Below are positions 17,906-26,756 of a stretch of 64,000 nt of DNA, one piece after another. This stretch comes from Turneriella sp. (GTDB lineage Bacteria; Spirochaetota; Leptospiria; Turneriellales; Turneriellaceae), in the NCBI GenBank assembly GCA_965279515.1, contig CBDIID010000003.1:1504001-1568000 (forward strand), in the 5' to 3' direction. The translations under genes were made by a program, and so were the position numbers. The notes beneath the pieces are model-generated. The model made no database searches, was not told the origin of the DNA, and was given only the letters and a program-made list of their open reading frames with translations. How positions within the stretch are numbered: the first letter of the stretch is position 1; the number at the start of each line of letters is the position of its first letter.

Positions 17906-18745
17906 TTATGCCGGCTTGCGCTTCATCCAGGTGAGAGCAATCAAGACAAGGCTTGTTGCCGTTAATACCTCAGCCCAGAAAAATATCAGTACGTCGAGCG
18001 TCGTGCCAAATGTGGGTACAGACGGCTGTGAATTGCGCATACTGACGAATACGAACAGTGTTGCACCGATCCATGTCATCTGGCCGAATTCGACCTTGCG
18101 GCCGCCGACAACGACAAGATACGTTACGCCAACAACAGCAAGCGCCAGAACGGCAATCATGGCGTTGATGAAAAAGCTGAACAGCCGAACTTCGAGGGTA
18201 CGACCGATCGTTGTATTGAGTACAAGATAACCTTGCTTCTGGCTTTCTTCGTCAATGCCCGCGCTGCTATCCATACCGGAGAGCTTATCTTTGTAACGGT
18301 AGACAACCGGGATATTCTGACCCACTGCATCAGTCAATACCGCATAAATTTGCGTGTGGTAATGATCGTTGGGATATGCAGTGATTTCGCCTTCAATATC
18401 AACTTCAACTTCAACCGATTTTGGTTTAATGCCGGCCTTCATCTGGTGTTCTTGTTTTTTGGGATCGGTATCTGGAACAGCCAGCGTCATCGGCGCAATC
18501 GGAAAGCCCGTCTGCGGATTTGCGTATTTACCCTGCGCGACGAAGTCGAGCTTAAAGCGCATGACATCTTTAACGGTGTCGATGTTAGCGGGGCTCATAT
18601 AGACTAAGATGAAGTCTTTGGGAGCTTCTTTTTCGAGGAAAATATCCTCAGATTTATCAGGGTCGCCCCCGGAATGGAGCAGGAATGTACCAACCCACAA
18701 GCCGGCGAAAACCAGAACGGCAATGCCTATTTTTAGAATTTTCAT
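17906..18745 (-). CDS. DUF4436-like membrane protein
   Basis: YPNDHY, TWIGATLF..MRNSQP.VP.FG..LD..IFFWAE. Confidence 0.7.
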   Translation of the reverse strand: MKILKIGIAVLVFAGLWVGTFLLHSGGDPDKSEDIFLEKEAPKDFILVYMSPANIDTVKDVMRFKLDFVAQGKYANPQTGFPIAPMTLAVPDTDPKKQEHQMKAGIKPKSVEVEVDIEGEITAYPNDHYHTQIYAVLTDAVGQNIPVVYRYKDKLSGMDSSAGIDEESQKQGYLVLNTTIGRTLEVRLFSFFINAMIAVLALAVVGVTYLVVVGGRKVEFGQMTWIGATLFVFVSMRNSQPSVPTFGTTLDVLIFFWAEVLTATSLVLIALTWMKRKPA

Positions 18746-18922
18746 AGTCGGACAGGGAATAGAATGCCCGTGGTTTGGCGAGAAATTTTACCGGAAAATA
18801 GAATGAAAAAACGCAAACTGCGGTGGTTCAGAACCGCGCAGGGGGCAACTGAAAGTATTGTTCTCCCGGTTGACGCGGCTATCGTATTAATGAAGCATGC
18901 CCACGGCCTGAGGATCTAAACC

Positions 18923-19555
18923 GTGATCAATATTCTGGTAGTTGAAGATGACGAGATAACCCGGGAAACCCTCCGCGCCTTACTGCAGGCCCAACCTGAT
19001 TTCAAACTGGCAGGCTTGTACGCTGATTTGCAATCCACAGTCAAAGGCACACCCGATGCGTCCCCCCATCTGATTATCCTCGACCTGAGATTGCCTGACG
19101 TGCGTGGCATTGAAAGTATCACAGTTCTGCGCAGTAAATATCCCGACGCCCGCATCACTATGTATACGGCATATGAAGACGAGTCTGATCTGCTACAGTG
19201 CATGCTCGCTGGCGCGCACGGCTATATTCTGAAAGACACTCCTTCAGAGCGCCTTGTCTCTGAGTTGCGTGTTATTGCTCAGGGAGGCTCCACACTGACG
19301 CCCCGTGTGGCTGCCAAACTGTTGAATCAACTGACGCCGCCGAAACTGGCCGATTCAACGCTGAGCAAGAGAGAACTCGAAGTATTAAATTCCATTTCAC
19401 TCGGGCTCAGGTACGAAGATATCGGGGAAAAACTGGATATCAGCGTCCATACAGTGCGGCATCACATCGAAAAAATTTACCGCAAACTCGATGTCACGAG
19501 CCGCGGCCAGGCAGTAGCGCAGGCCGTACGGTCAGGTATCATCAAACTCGAATAA
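18923..19555 (+). CDS. NarL/LuxR family response regulator
   Basis: VVEDD, ILDLRLPDVRG, GYILK, LSKRELEVL...ISVHTVRHH. Confidence 0.92.
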   Translation: MINILVVEDDEITRETLRALLQAQPDFKLAGLYADLQSTVKGTPDASPHLIILDLRLPDVRGIESITVLRSKYPDARITMYTAYEDESDLLQCMLAGAHGYILKDTPSERLVSELRVIAQGGSTLTPRVAAKLLNQLTPPKLADSTLSKRELEVLNSISLGLRYEDIGEKLDISVHTVRHHIEKIYRKLDVTSRGQAVAQAVRSGIIKLE

Positions 19556-19568
19556 CAACCCGACGGCC

Positions 19569-20753
19569 GTGCGCAGACTGAGTTGGCAGGTTCTATTTCA
19601 GATCTTTAACCCAAGCTACGGGTTACCGCAGAGTGCGCAATTTATTAACCGGCGCTGGTTACTTCGCCAATCCTTTGTACTGAGCCTGGGCTCTTCGATT
19701 CTGACCCTGATTTCTTTTCCGGCCTACCACTATCTGACGCTCGGGAGCATCGAAGCGATTTTCCGCAACCATCCGCACCGCATTGCTGTTGTCGTCGCAG
19801 CTGTTCTCTGCGTCGCTCTTCCACTCGGCCTGCGTAAGGCCCGCCCTTACATTGAATATTTTTCGTTCTTAAACCTGGTGATTCTTTTTATCTGCGTCGC
19901 GATTGACGTATCGATCAGCGAACGGCCACGGCGGTACGCCGCTATCGGTCTCGTACCGCTTTTCGGCAGCACTTTTGTTTTCACCGATATCTGGGTGATG
20001 ACCATCGCCTATGCATCGTCGTGTACCGTTTTTGCAGTGCTGAACTCTGCGCGCGAGCGCACCACCGAAATCGTTATCATTTATGCGATTGCTTACTTCA
20101 TCGCCTGGTGGATGGCCATGATCCGTATCCGCAGCCTGCACCGTATCAGCCTCGACCAGGCCCGGCTCTATGAACGGCAGGTCTACGATCAGCGTGTGCG
20201 TCTCGCGCGTAACCTGCATGATTCACTCGGCGGCGACCTGATGCAACTTTCGCTGCAACTCGCGGGCAATACACCGCGCGAGCAGATGCTCGACCTGGCA
20301 TACGAAGTGATTGCCAAGACCAAAAATCTCGTCTATACCCTCGAACCGAAGAATGAAAATCAAAATTTTGGTGACTATGTGCGTTCTTACGGCGAACGGC
20401 TCGCACAGACAGGCAAGTTCAGGGTGGATATCCACATCGACGAACCCTGGCCACTGATGCGCATGGACCACGCGCTCAATCTGCAGGCGCTGTTTACCGA
20501 ATGGATGACAAATACGATCCGTTATTCCACAGCGCATACACTGCGGATTTTTCTGCGCAACCCCGGCAGCGGTTATTTTCTCATCATCAGAGACGACGGC
20601 ACAGGCTTCCGCTGGAACGGTAAAAAAACGGGTTCGGGCCTGAGAAACATCGCCCTGCGGGCAGAGCTGTTGAACGCCAAGGTTTTCGCGCGTAAATGCA
20701 GTAAATCCGGCGGTACTATTTTTTTTCTGAAAGGGAGACTTACACATGATTAA
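19569..20753 (+). CDS. Membrane sensor histidine kinase (HisKA_3 type)
   Basis: 5-6 TM helices; RLARNLHDSLGGDL; EWMTN, DDGTGF, GSGLRNI. Confidence 0.9.
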   Translation: MRRLSWQVLFQIFNPSYGLPQSAQFINRRWLLRQSFVLSLGSSILTLISFPAYHYLTLGSIEAIFRNHPHRIAVVVAAVLCVALPLGLRKARPYIEYFSFLNLVILFICVAIDVSISERPRRYAAIGLVPLFGSTFVFTDIWVMTIAYASSCTVFAVLNSARERTTEIVIIYAIAYFIAWWMAMIRIRSLHRISLDQARLYERQVYDQRVRLARNLHDSLGGDLMQLSLQLAGNTPREQMLDLAYEVIAKTKNLVYTLEPKNENQNFGDYVRSYGERLAQTGKFRVDIHIDEPWPLMRMDHALNLQALFTEWMTNTIRYSTAHTLRIFLRNPGSGYFLIIRDDGTGFRWNGKKTGSGLRNIALRAELLNAKVFARKCSKSGGTIFFLKGRLTHD

Positions 20754-21378
20754 CCTCATTATCGTTGAAGACAACACACATGTCCAGGAAAGGCTGAACG
20801 CATTATTGGAACAGGTTACCGACATACAGGTAGCAGGCACGTACGCCGATCTGAAATCTGCTGTCGCTGCGATGCCGGCGGCTATCCCCGATCTGATCGT
20901 ACTGGATCTCAAACTGCCCGATGTGCGGGGCGTGGAAGCGATTACCGCGCTGGGTCAAAAATACCCGGCAGCGCGGATTACGATCTATACAGCCTATGAA
21001 AACGAAACGGACATTCTGAACTGTATGCTGGCGGGCGCGCACGGTTATATTCTCAAGGATACGCCCGACGACCGCTTGGTCGCCGAGCTGCGGGTGATTG
21101 CGCAGGGCGGCTCGACACTGACGCCGCGCGTGGCTGAAAAACTGATGAAGCAGTTCACGCCGCCAAAGCTTGCGGAATCTGCACTCAGCAAGCGCGAGCT
21201 CGAGGTCTTGAATTTTATCTCCCTGGGTCTTCGCTACGAAGATATCGCCGATGAACTCGATATCAGTGTGCATACGGTGCGGCACCACATTGAAAAGATT
21301 TACCGCAAGCTCGATGTCACGAGCCGCGGCGAGGCTGTGGCGCAGGCGGTGCGCAGCGGTATCATCAAAATGGACTGA
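20746..21378 (+). CDS. NarL/LuxR family response regulator (paralog of 18923)
   Basis: Same architecture with long near-identical blocks. Confidence 0.92.
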   Translation: MINLIIVEDNTHVQERLNALLEQVTDIQVAGTYADLKSAVAAMPAAIPDLIVLDLKLPDVRGVEAITALGQKYPAARITIYTAYENETDILNCMLAGAHGYILKDTPDDRLVAELRVIAQGGSTLTPRVAEKLMKQFTPPKLAESALSKRELEVLNFISLGLRYEDIADELDISVHTVRHHIEKIYRKLDVTSRGEAVAQAVRSGIIKMD

Positions 21379-21477
21379 TAGGATATTTGCCCTAGGCTTT
21401 CTATCCCGGGGGATAGTTGCCTATTGACCTTTGACAAAAATCAGATATATTGCGCATGTTGTTTTTTTGGAATTTCT

Positions 21478-21510
21478 GGAGCGCGGGCGCCTGTCCGCGC
21501 TTCTTTTTTT
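21478..21510 (+). terminator. Intrinsic terminator-like hairpin upstream of the OMP gene
   Basis: GGAGCGCGGGC-GCCT-GTCCGCGCTTC followed by T7. Confidence 0.7.
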
Positions 21511-21545
21511 CTGGAAGCAAACGAAAATCGTCTTAAGGAGACAAC

Positions 21546-22346
21546 ATGAGAAAAGTAATTTCTATTCTTGCAGCGCTCGCCCTTGTTGGGTCAGTAGCGG
21601 CAGCACCAAAAAAGCCGGCTGCAAAACCTGCAAAGCCTGCGGTAGCAGTACCAGCAATTCCTGCAGTGCCGGCTGTGCCGAAAACAACGGCGCCAACAGG
21701 CGGCGCGAAGTTTATCATTAACGCATGGGGTGGATACTCCATTAACGGCAGGACGGATCTGGTTAAAGCCGTTGATTCTTTTGCTTCAGCAACGGAAACA
21801 ACCGCAGCAGGATTTACCGCAAAAGCCGTAGATGAAACAACGAAGGGAGTCGCAGGTGGACTGGACCTTCTTTACGGCGAAAAATTCCAATTTGGCGTAG
21901 GAGCATACTATCTTCAGGGTTTCAAAACGACCAAGACCAACACTTACGGAACCGCTAAGGTAAACCACACAACGCAGATGAACTATATTCCGATTCTTGC
22001 ACAGATTCGTTACTTTATCTTCGAGGGTTTATATGTTGGCATCGGAGCCGGGGTGGCTGTTGCCATCAGTGGAAAAAGCGAAGGTAGCTTAACAGGTACC
22101 ACAGCCACCGGTTGGCCATACTCGACAGCCTATAGCGGCACGCTGCTCTGGGGCGAAGGCCGCCTGGGCTACAATCTGAAGATTTCTGATCTAATCGGCA
22201 TCGATATTTTTGGCATTGTATCGTACCAAGACGGTAAAGTTGATTTTCAAACAACAGATTCAACAGGAGCTCTTTTGGCAGCGACTTCCGTTAAGAATAG
22301 TGGCGTCAACATCACACCAGGCCTCGGTATCTCTCTCCGTTTCTAA
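21546..22346 (+). CDS. Outer membrane beta-barrel protein
   Basis: AAGGAG RBS, signal peptide, P/A/K-rich linker, alternating beta strands, C-terminal F. Confidence 0.8.
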   Translation: MRKVISILAALALVGSVAAAPKKPAAKPAKPAVAVPAIPAVPAVPKTTAPTGGAKFIINAWGGYSINGRTDLVKAVDSFASATETTAAGFTAKAVDETTKGVAGGLDLLYGEKFQFGVGAYYLQGFKTTKTNTYGTAKVNHTTQMNYIPILAQIRYFIFEGLYVGIGAGVAVAISGKSEGSLTGTTATGWPYSTAYSGTLLWGEGRLGYNLKISDLIGIDIFGIVSYQDGKVDFQTTDSTGALLAATSVKNSGVNITPGLGISLRF

Positions 22347-22369
22347 TTTTACTCAAGATTAGAGACCTC

Positions 22370-22394
22370 ACCCCGGCCCTCGCCGGGGTTTTTT
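22370..22394 (+). terminator. Intrinsic terminator
   Basis: ACCCCGGC-CCTC-GCCGGGGT followed by a T run. Confidence 0.85.
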
Positions 22395-22436
22395 ATTTCT
22401 TGCCCCGCCGATCGTTGCACCATATGCTGTCCGACG

Positions 22437-22697
22437 ATGAAAATGAAAGCAATACTTCTGATTTCCCTGATCGCCCTCGCCGGCGCCTGCAAAAAAGGTC
22501 CTTCGACAGGCTCAGGACAGGCTTCTAGTGACGGTTGCAGCGACCTCGATGCCAACAGCGCCCGCATGCGTTGTACGAACAACAATGTCGAGTTCTGCTC
22601 TTCGTACTCAAAGTATAAGTGGATGGAGACACAGAAGTGCCCCGCGAACCAGAAATGCTTCATTTCACCCGACGGCAAATCGGGCGGCTGTAAGTAA
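22437..22697 (+). CDS. Small Cys-rich lipoprotein
   Basis: Lipobox LAGAC; six further Cys. Confidence 0.7.
   Translation: MKMKAILLISLIALAGACKKGPSTGSGQASSDGCSDLDANSARMRCTNNNVEFCSSYSKYKWMETQKCPANQKCFISPDGKSGGCK
22498..22522 (+). repeat. REP-like CTTCGAC..GCTCAG element inside the lipoprotein gene
   Basis: GTCC-TTCGACAGGCTCA-GGAC-AGGC encoding PSTGSGQA; second copy at 23505-23531. Confidence 0.6.
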
Positions 22698-22724
22698 TTT
22701 CAACGGGCGCCCGTAAGGGGCGCT

Positions 22725-23498
22725 TTAAACCAGGCCTGCGGCCATCGCCAGACCAATCACGCTGACACCCAGCGCAACGAGCCACTGCAGCGTTTTCAGC
22801 TCTGTTTTTTTAAGCATTAGATTACCCATGAGCGCACCCGCAAAAGCACTGCCGGCAGCAATTGCCAGCACGTAACCATGCTCACCCAGGCTGAAGCTGT
22901 TTGAAAACGGCCGGTAGATCAGAAGCCGTACCGCGTCGACGATACAGGCAATCGCAATGCCAGTACCGATAAAAATTTCCTTGGTAAGTCCCGCACGAAT
23001 GAGAAACGCACTGCGCAGTGCGCCCTGATGGCCCGACAGGCCCCCGAAAAAACCAGAGATAAAACCACCGGCATAGATTTTATTCGCAGAGAATTGGATA
23101 TTTTTGAGGCGCGGTATCGCTTCGAACAGTGCGAAAAAAATCATCAGTCCACCCAGCGTGAGTTTAAGCGCAGTCACGTGAAAGATTTTTCCGGCGAGGG
23201 AATATCCCGTGATCACGCCCGCCGATGGCAGCACATAGAGCAATCCGGCGCCGGCAAGGGCGCCGAAACCTGCCGGAATACCAAACGACACCACGATACG
23301 CCATTCGATATGCGTGCGCATCAATGCATATTTAAAGAGGTTATTCAGAAAATGAACGATCGCCGTGAGTGCAATCGCCGTCGGTGCGGGAAAAAACACC
23401 AGCATGACAGGAGTCAGGATTGTCGCAAGGCCGAAGCCTGTGAAAAATGTGAGTAATGACGCAAGCGCCGCGGTGGCTGATATGAGGGCGATCTCCAT
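22725..23498 (-). CDS. TSUP (TauE/SafE) family transporter
   Basis: TFFTGFGLATILTP and GFISGFFGGLSGHQGALRSAFL. Confidence 0.88.
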   Translation of the reverse strand: MEIALISATAALASLLTFFTGFGLATILTPVMLVFFPAPTAIALTAIVHFLNNLFKYALMRTHIEWRIVVSFGIPAGFGALAGAGLLYVLPSAGVITGYSLAGKIFHVTALKLTLGGLMIFFALFEAIPRLKNIQFSANKIYAGGFISGFFGGLSGHQGALRSAFLIRAGLTKEIFIGTGIAIACIVDAVRLLIYRPFSNSFSLGEHGYVLAIAAGSAFAGALMGNLMLKKTELKTLQWLVALGVSVIGLAMAAGLV

Positions 23499-23504
23499 GG
23501 TTCC

Positions 23505-23531
23505 GGTCACTTCGACTCCGCTCAGTGAGCC
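23505..23531 (+). repeat. REP-like CTTCGAC..GCTCAG element
   Basis: GG-TCAC-TTCGACTCCGCTCA-GTGA-GCC. Confidence 0.55.
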
Positions 23532-23584
23532 AGTACCTTAGCGAGAGAATTTGGTTCGCCCGGTGAGCCCGGATTTTATCCGGC

Positions 23585-23615
23585 AAAATCCCTGATCGAA
23601 CCGCGCGATCAGGGA
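23585..23615 (-). terminator. Terminator after folE2
   Basis: TCCCTGATCG-N7-CGATCAGGGA followed by TTTT on the minus strand. Confidence 0.65.
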
Positions 23616-23619
23616 ATAC

Positions 23620-24456
23620 CTACTTCTGCTTTTCAATCAGCGCATACGCCGAGTGGTTGTGGATCGATTCGAAATTTTCCGCTTCGGCGATATAGTGGCT
23701 GATGCGGTCGTCGTTGTTGAGTTTGTGCGCCACATCGCGCACAATGTCTTCAACAAACTTCGGGTTTTCATAAGCGCGCTCTGTGACGAACTTTTCGTCG
23801 GGGCGCTTCAAGAGGCCATAGAGTTCGCACGAGGCACTGTCTTCGGCGATGCGGATAACATCTTCGATCCAGAGAATGTTGTGGCCTTCGGCGAGTTCGG
23901 AGAGGCGCGCTGTGATCGTGATATGGCTGCGCTGGTTATGCGCGCCGTACTTTGAAATCTCTTTAGAACAGGGGCAGAGGCTGGTGACCGGAACGACGAC
24001 TTTAATCTGCAGGTCTGTGACTCCCTCTTCGCATTTGCCGATGAAGGTGACGTCATAGTCCATCAGTGACTGCACACCCGAGACCGGCGCCGCTTTATTG
24101 ACGAAATAGGTAAAACGCATATGTATCTCGCCCGCGCGGGACTCGAGGCGTTCGAGCATTTCAGGCAGCAGGGCCTTGAAGGTCGCCACATCGAGATGTT
24201 TCTGGCGGCCTTCGAGAATCTCGATAAAGCGAGACATATGCGTGCCTTTGAACTGCTGTGGCAGGTAGACCGACATCGTCAGGTCTGCCACGGTATTCTG
24301 CACATCGCCGGTTTTGTCGCGGATCTGTATCGGATAGCGAATTCCCTTGATACCGACCTTATCGATGGCTATCCGCCGGGTGTCAGCACTCGACTGCACA
24401 TCAACGAGGGGGGCACCGCTGTCGACCTGCGGTTTTACGCCATTCACGAGACTCAT
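23620..24456 (-). CDS. folE2: GTP cyclohydrolase I type IB
   Basis: [60 protein letters not shown]. Confidence 0.95.
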   Translation of the reverse strand: MSLVNGVKPQVDSGAPLVDVQSSADTRRIAIDKVGIKGIRYPIQIRDKTGDVQNTVADLTMSVYLPQQFKGTHMSRFIEILEGRQKHLDVATFKALLPEMLERLESRAGEIHMRFTYFVNKAAPVSGVQSLMDYDVTFIGKCEEGVTDLQIKVVVPVTSLCPCSKEISKYGAHNQRSHITITARLSELAEGHNILWIEDVIRIAEDSASCELYGLLKRPDEKFVTERAYENPKFVEDIVRDVAHKLNNDDRISHYIAEAENFESIHNHSAYALIEKQK

Positions 24457-24559
24457 GGCTCTATTATATTAAAAGGCCAGCTAACCCGCCAGAAAAGGGG
24501 GCATTTGTCCAAGGTCGGATTTCCTGTTGACCCGGCGAAGTCGTCGCATAATGGGCATA

Positions 24560-25726
24560 ATGCGATTTCGCCCGCTGGCCTTTTTCAGCCTTTTGACTTT
24601 CACAATCACTGCCGTTGAGATAGACGACCTCCGCAAGAATGCCCAGAACAAGACCGACACGATTCGGGACGAAAGTAACCAGAAAATCGCCAAAATTCTT
24701 GCCCGCTTCGCGGAGTTCAGGAATGACCTGGAGAAAATCAAGCCAGGGCTCAATCTCAAGATACCCATCGATACGCAACGCGGGGGGAAGATGCGTGTTC
24801 TCGATCATCCCGAATTACCGGGCGTACCCGAATTCAAGAAAGTCTTTGCGATCGTCACCGAAGATTACAAGCTCAAAACCTGGCATTCCGATTCTGACTC
24901 ACAAAATCTGGATAAAGTGCGCGCCGGCGACAAGGTTGAGGTGATTATGGTCGTCAATCCCCGCACCACAGAGACAACGTTTGGTTGGGCGCTGATCCGC
25001 ACTGCGGCTGAGACCGAGGGTTATATACCGCAGAAGTACCTCAAGAACCTGCCCGAAGAGACCATCCCCTCGACAGCAAAAAAAGAGCGTAAGTACGTGT
25101 TCGTTTCAACGGGCCTCAGAATGCGCAGCGAGGCTTCGCTCGCGGGTGAATTTCTGGTCCTCGTACCCTATGAGACCGAGGTCGTCGTCACGGGTTATTC
25201 CAAAACCAAAGAGACCATCGATGGCCTCACGGATTTCTGGGCCGAGACAAGTTATGGTGGCAAAACCGGCTGGCTGTTTAACGCCTACCTGCGCCCCGTC
25301 GGGCAAAAGCCCCCGCCGGAGCCGCCTGAGATCAACCCTAACGGCTTTGCCATGCCGGTCGGCGGCCGCATCACTTCTAAATTTGGCCCGCGCATCGACC
25401 CTGTCACAAAAAAAGCGGGGGATTTCCACCGTGGCATAGACATCGCCGCAGCGAGCGGCACGGAGATCAAGGCCGCGAAGGAAGGCGAGGTTTTTGAAAA
25501 CTCAAAAAACGCCTACTGGGGAAATTACATTATCTTAAAGCATGCGGGCAATGTCTTCACGTATTATTGCCACCAGTCCAAAACAAAATCGCTGAAAGGC
25601 GCGAAGGTCACAACCACCGATGTCATCGGTTATGTCGGGCGCACCGGCAAGGCCACGGGCCCACACCTGCACTTTGAAGTCAGGTTGGGCGGCGACCCGA
25701 AAGACCCGCTGCAATACGTGAAATAG
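24560..25726 (+). CDS. M23 family metallopeptidase with SH3 domains
   Basis: HRGIDIAA, YCH, TGPHLHFEVR; two SH3b-like repeats. Confidence 0.9.
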   Translation: MRFRPLAFFSLLTFTITAVEIDDLRKNAQNKTDTIRDESNQKIAKILARFAEFRNDLEKIKPGLNLKIPIDTQRGGKMRVLDHPELPGVPEFKKVFAIVTEDYKLKTWHSDSDSQNLDKVRAGDKVEVIMVVNPRTTETTFGWALIRTAAETEGYIPQKYLKNLPEETIPSTAKKERKYVFVSTGLRMRSEASLAGEFLVLVPYETEVVVTGYSKTKETIDGLTDFWAETSYGGKTGWLFNAYLRPVGQKPPPEPPEINPNGFAMPVGGRITSKFGPRIDPVTKKAGDFHRGIDIAAASGTEIKAAKEGEVFENSKNAYWGNYIILKHAGNVFTYYCHQSKTKSLKGAKVTTTDVIGYVGRTGKATGPHLHFEVRLGGDPKDPLQYVK

Positions 25727-25805
25727 TCATCGCCGTGTTCCCGGAAAGCCTTAGCAGGCTTTAATTTCAGTTTACGCCGCAGTCAGAAATCGGGGTTTAA
25801 GCCCT

Positions 25806-26756
25806 ATGAAGTTGGGTAAAGCGCTCATAGCGGCACTGCTTTTGGCCGCGTTCAGTCAATCCCACCTGACTGGTGCAGTACTTGTCGATGTCGTTGCCGT
25901 CGTCGCCAACGCCCCCGTGACGAACCTCGATCTCTCGCATGAAGTCGAACGCATGCAGAAACGCCGCGGGTTTAAGAAAGAAAAACGCGGTTTGCAGAGC
26001 CAGGCGCTCGACACCCTGATCGGCCGCGCCATCATCGATGTGATCGCACGCGAAGAATCGGTGACGATCTCACCCGAACGTATCAAAAACCAGCTCAAAA
26101 AAGAGATGGATATGCGCGGCATTCTGCGCGAAGAAGAATATAAAAAAGTCATCAAACGCGATACAGGTCTCGATTTCGAAGATTATAAAGAAGAGATGAC
26201 CCGTCAGCTGAAGACGCAGCAGGTCATGCAATTGCGCGTCTCGGTGCCAAACCCGACGCCTTCGCAGGTCGAAGAGTGGTACCGGCAGAACAAAACACGC
26301 GTCGGGAAAAAATTCAACTTCCGGATGATTTTTATTCCCGTACACGGAAACGAACTCCAGGTTTCGAATAACATGAAAGCGGCGCGCACCATGGGTGCAT
26401 CATCGAGTGCGGGCTTCGCCAGCGCCGCGTCAAAATATTCTGCCCACCCGTCGCGCGGGCGCGGCGGTCTCATGGTTGACCAGCGCCTCGATCAACTCGC
26501 GCAAATTGACCCGATTCTCGCGGGCGCTGTCAACGGCACGCCGCAGGGGCAAACCTCGCAGGTCTTTGTCGGCGCCAACGGCGGTTATTACTGCGTGCGC
26601 GTCGAAAGCTCACGTGCCATCGGTCTCGACGAAGTCTACGATAACGTACGCGCCATTCTCTACAGTGAAAACGAACAGATCGAATATCGTCGCTGGCTGA
26701 AAGAGCAGCGCAAACGCGTCGCGGTCACAATCTACCTCAAAGACTATCAGGAATGA
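25806..26756 (+). CDS. SurA-like chaperone / parvulin PPIase
   Basis: DVVAVVANAPVT N-domain; FASAASKYS...RGG parvulin-like region. Confidence 0.75.
   Translation: MKLGKALIAALLLAAFSQSHLTGAVLVDVVAVVANAPVTNLDLSHEVERMQKRRGFKKEKRGLQSQALDTLIGRAIIDVIAREESVTISPERIKNQLKKEMDMRGILREEEYKKVIKRDTGLDFEDYKEEMTRQLKTQQVMQLRVSVPNPTPSQVEEWYRQNKTRVGKKFNFRMIFIPVHGNELQVSNNMKAARTMGASSSAGFASAASKYSAHPSRGRGGLMVDQRLDQLAQIDPILAGAVNGTPQGQTSQVFVGANGGYYCVRVESSRAIGLDEVYDNVRAILYSENEQIEYRRWLKEQRKRVAVTIYLKDYQE

Noticed and set aside
18790..18920. Possible c-di-GMP-I riboswitch (ACGCAAA followed by a hairpin) upstream of the response regulator
   Set aside because: The GGCAAA/GNRA P2 hairpin and the tetraloop-receptor pattern are missing.
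26386..26398. GCACCATGGGTGC hairpin in the SurA-like gene
   Set aside because: It lacks GGA and a convincing outer stem; too weak to count as a family member.
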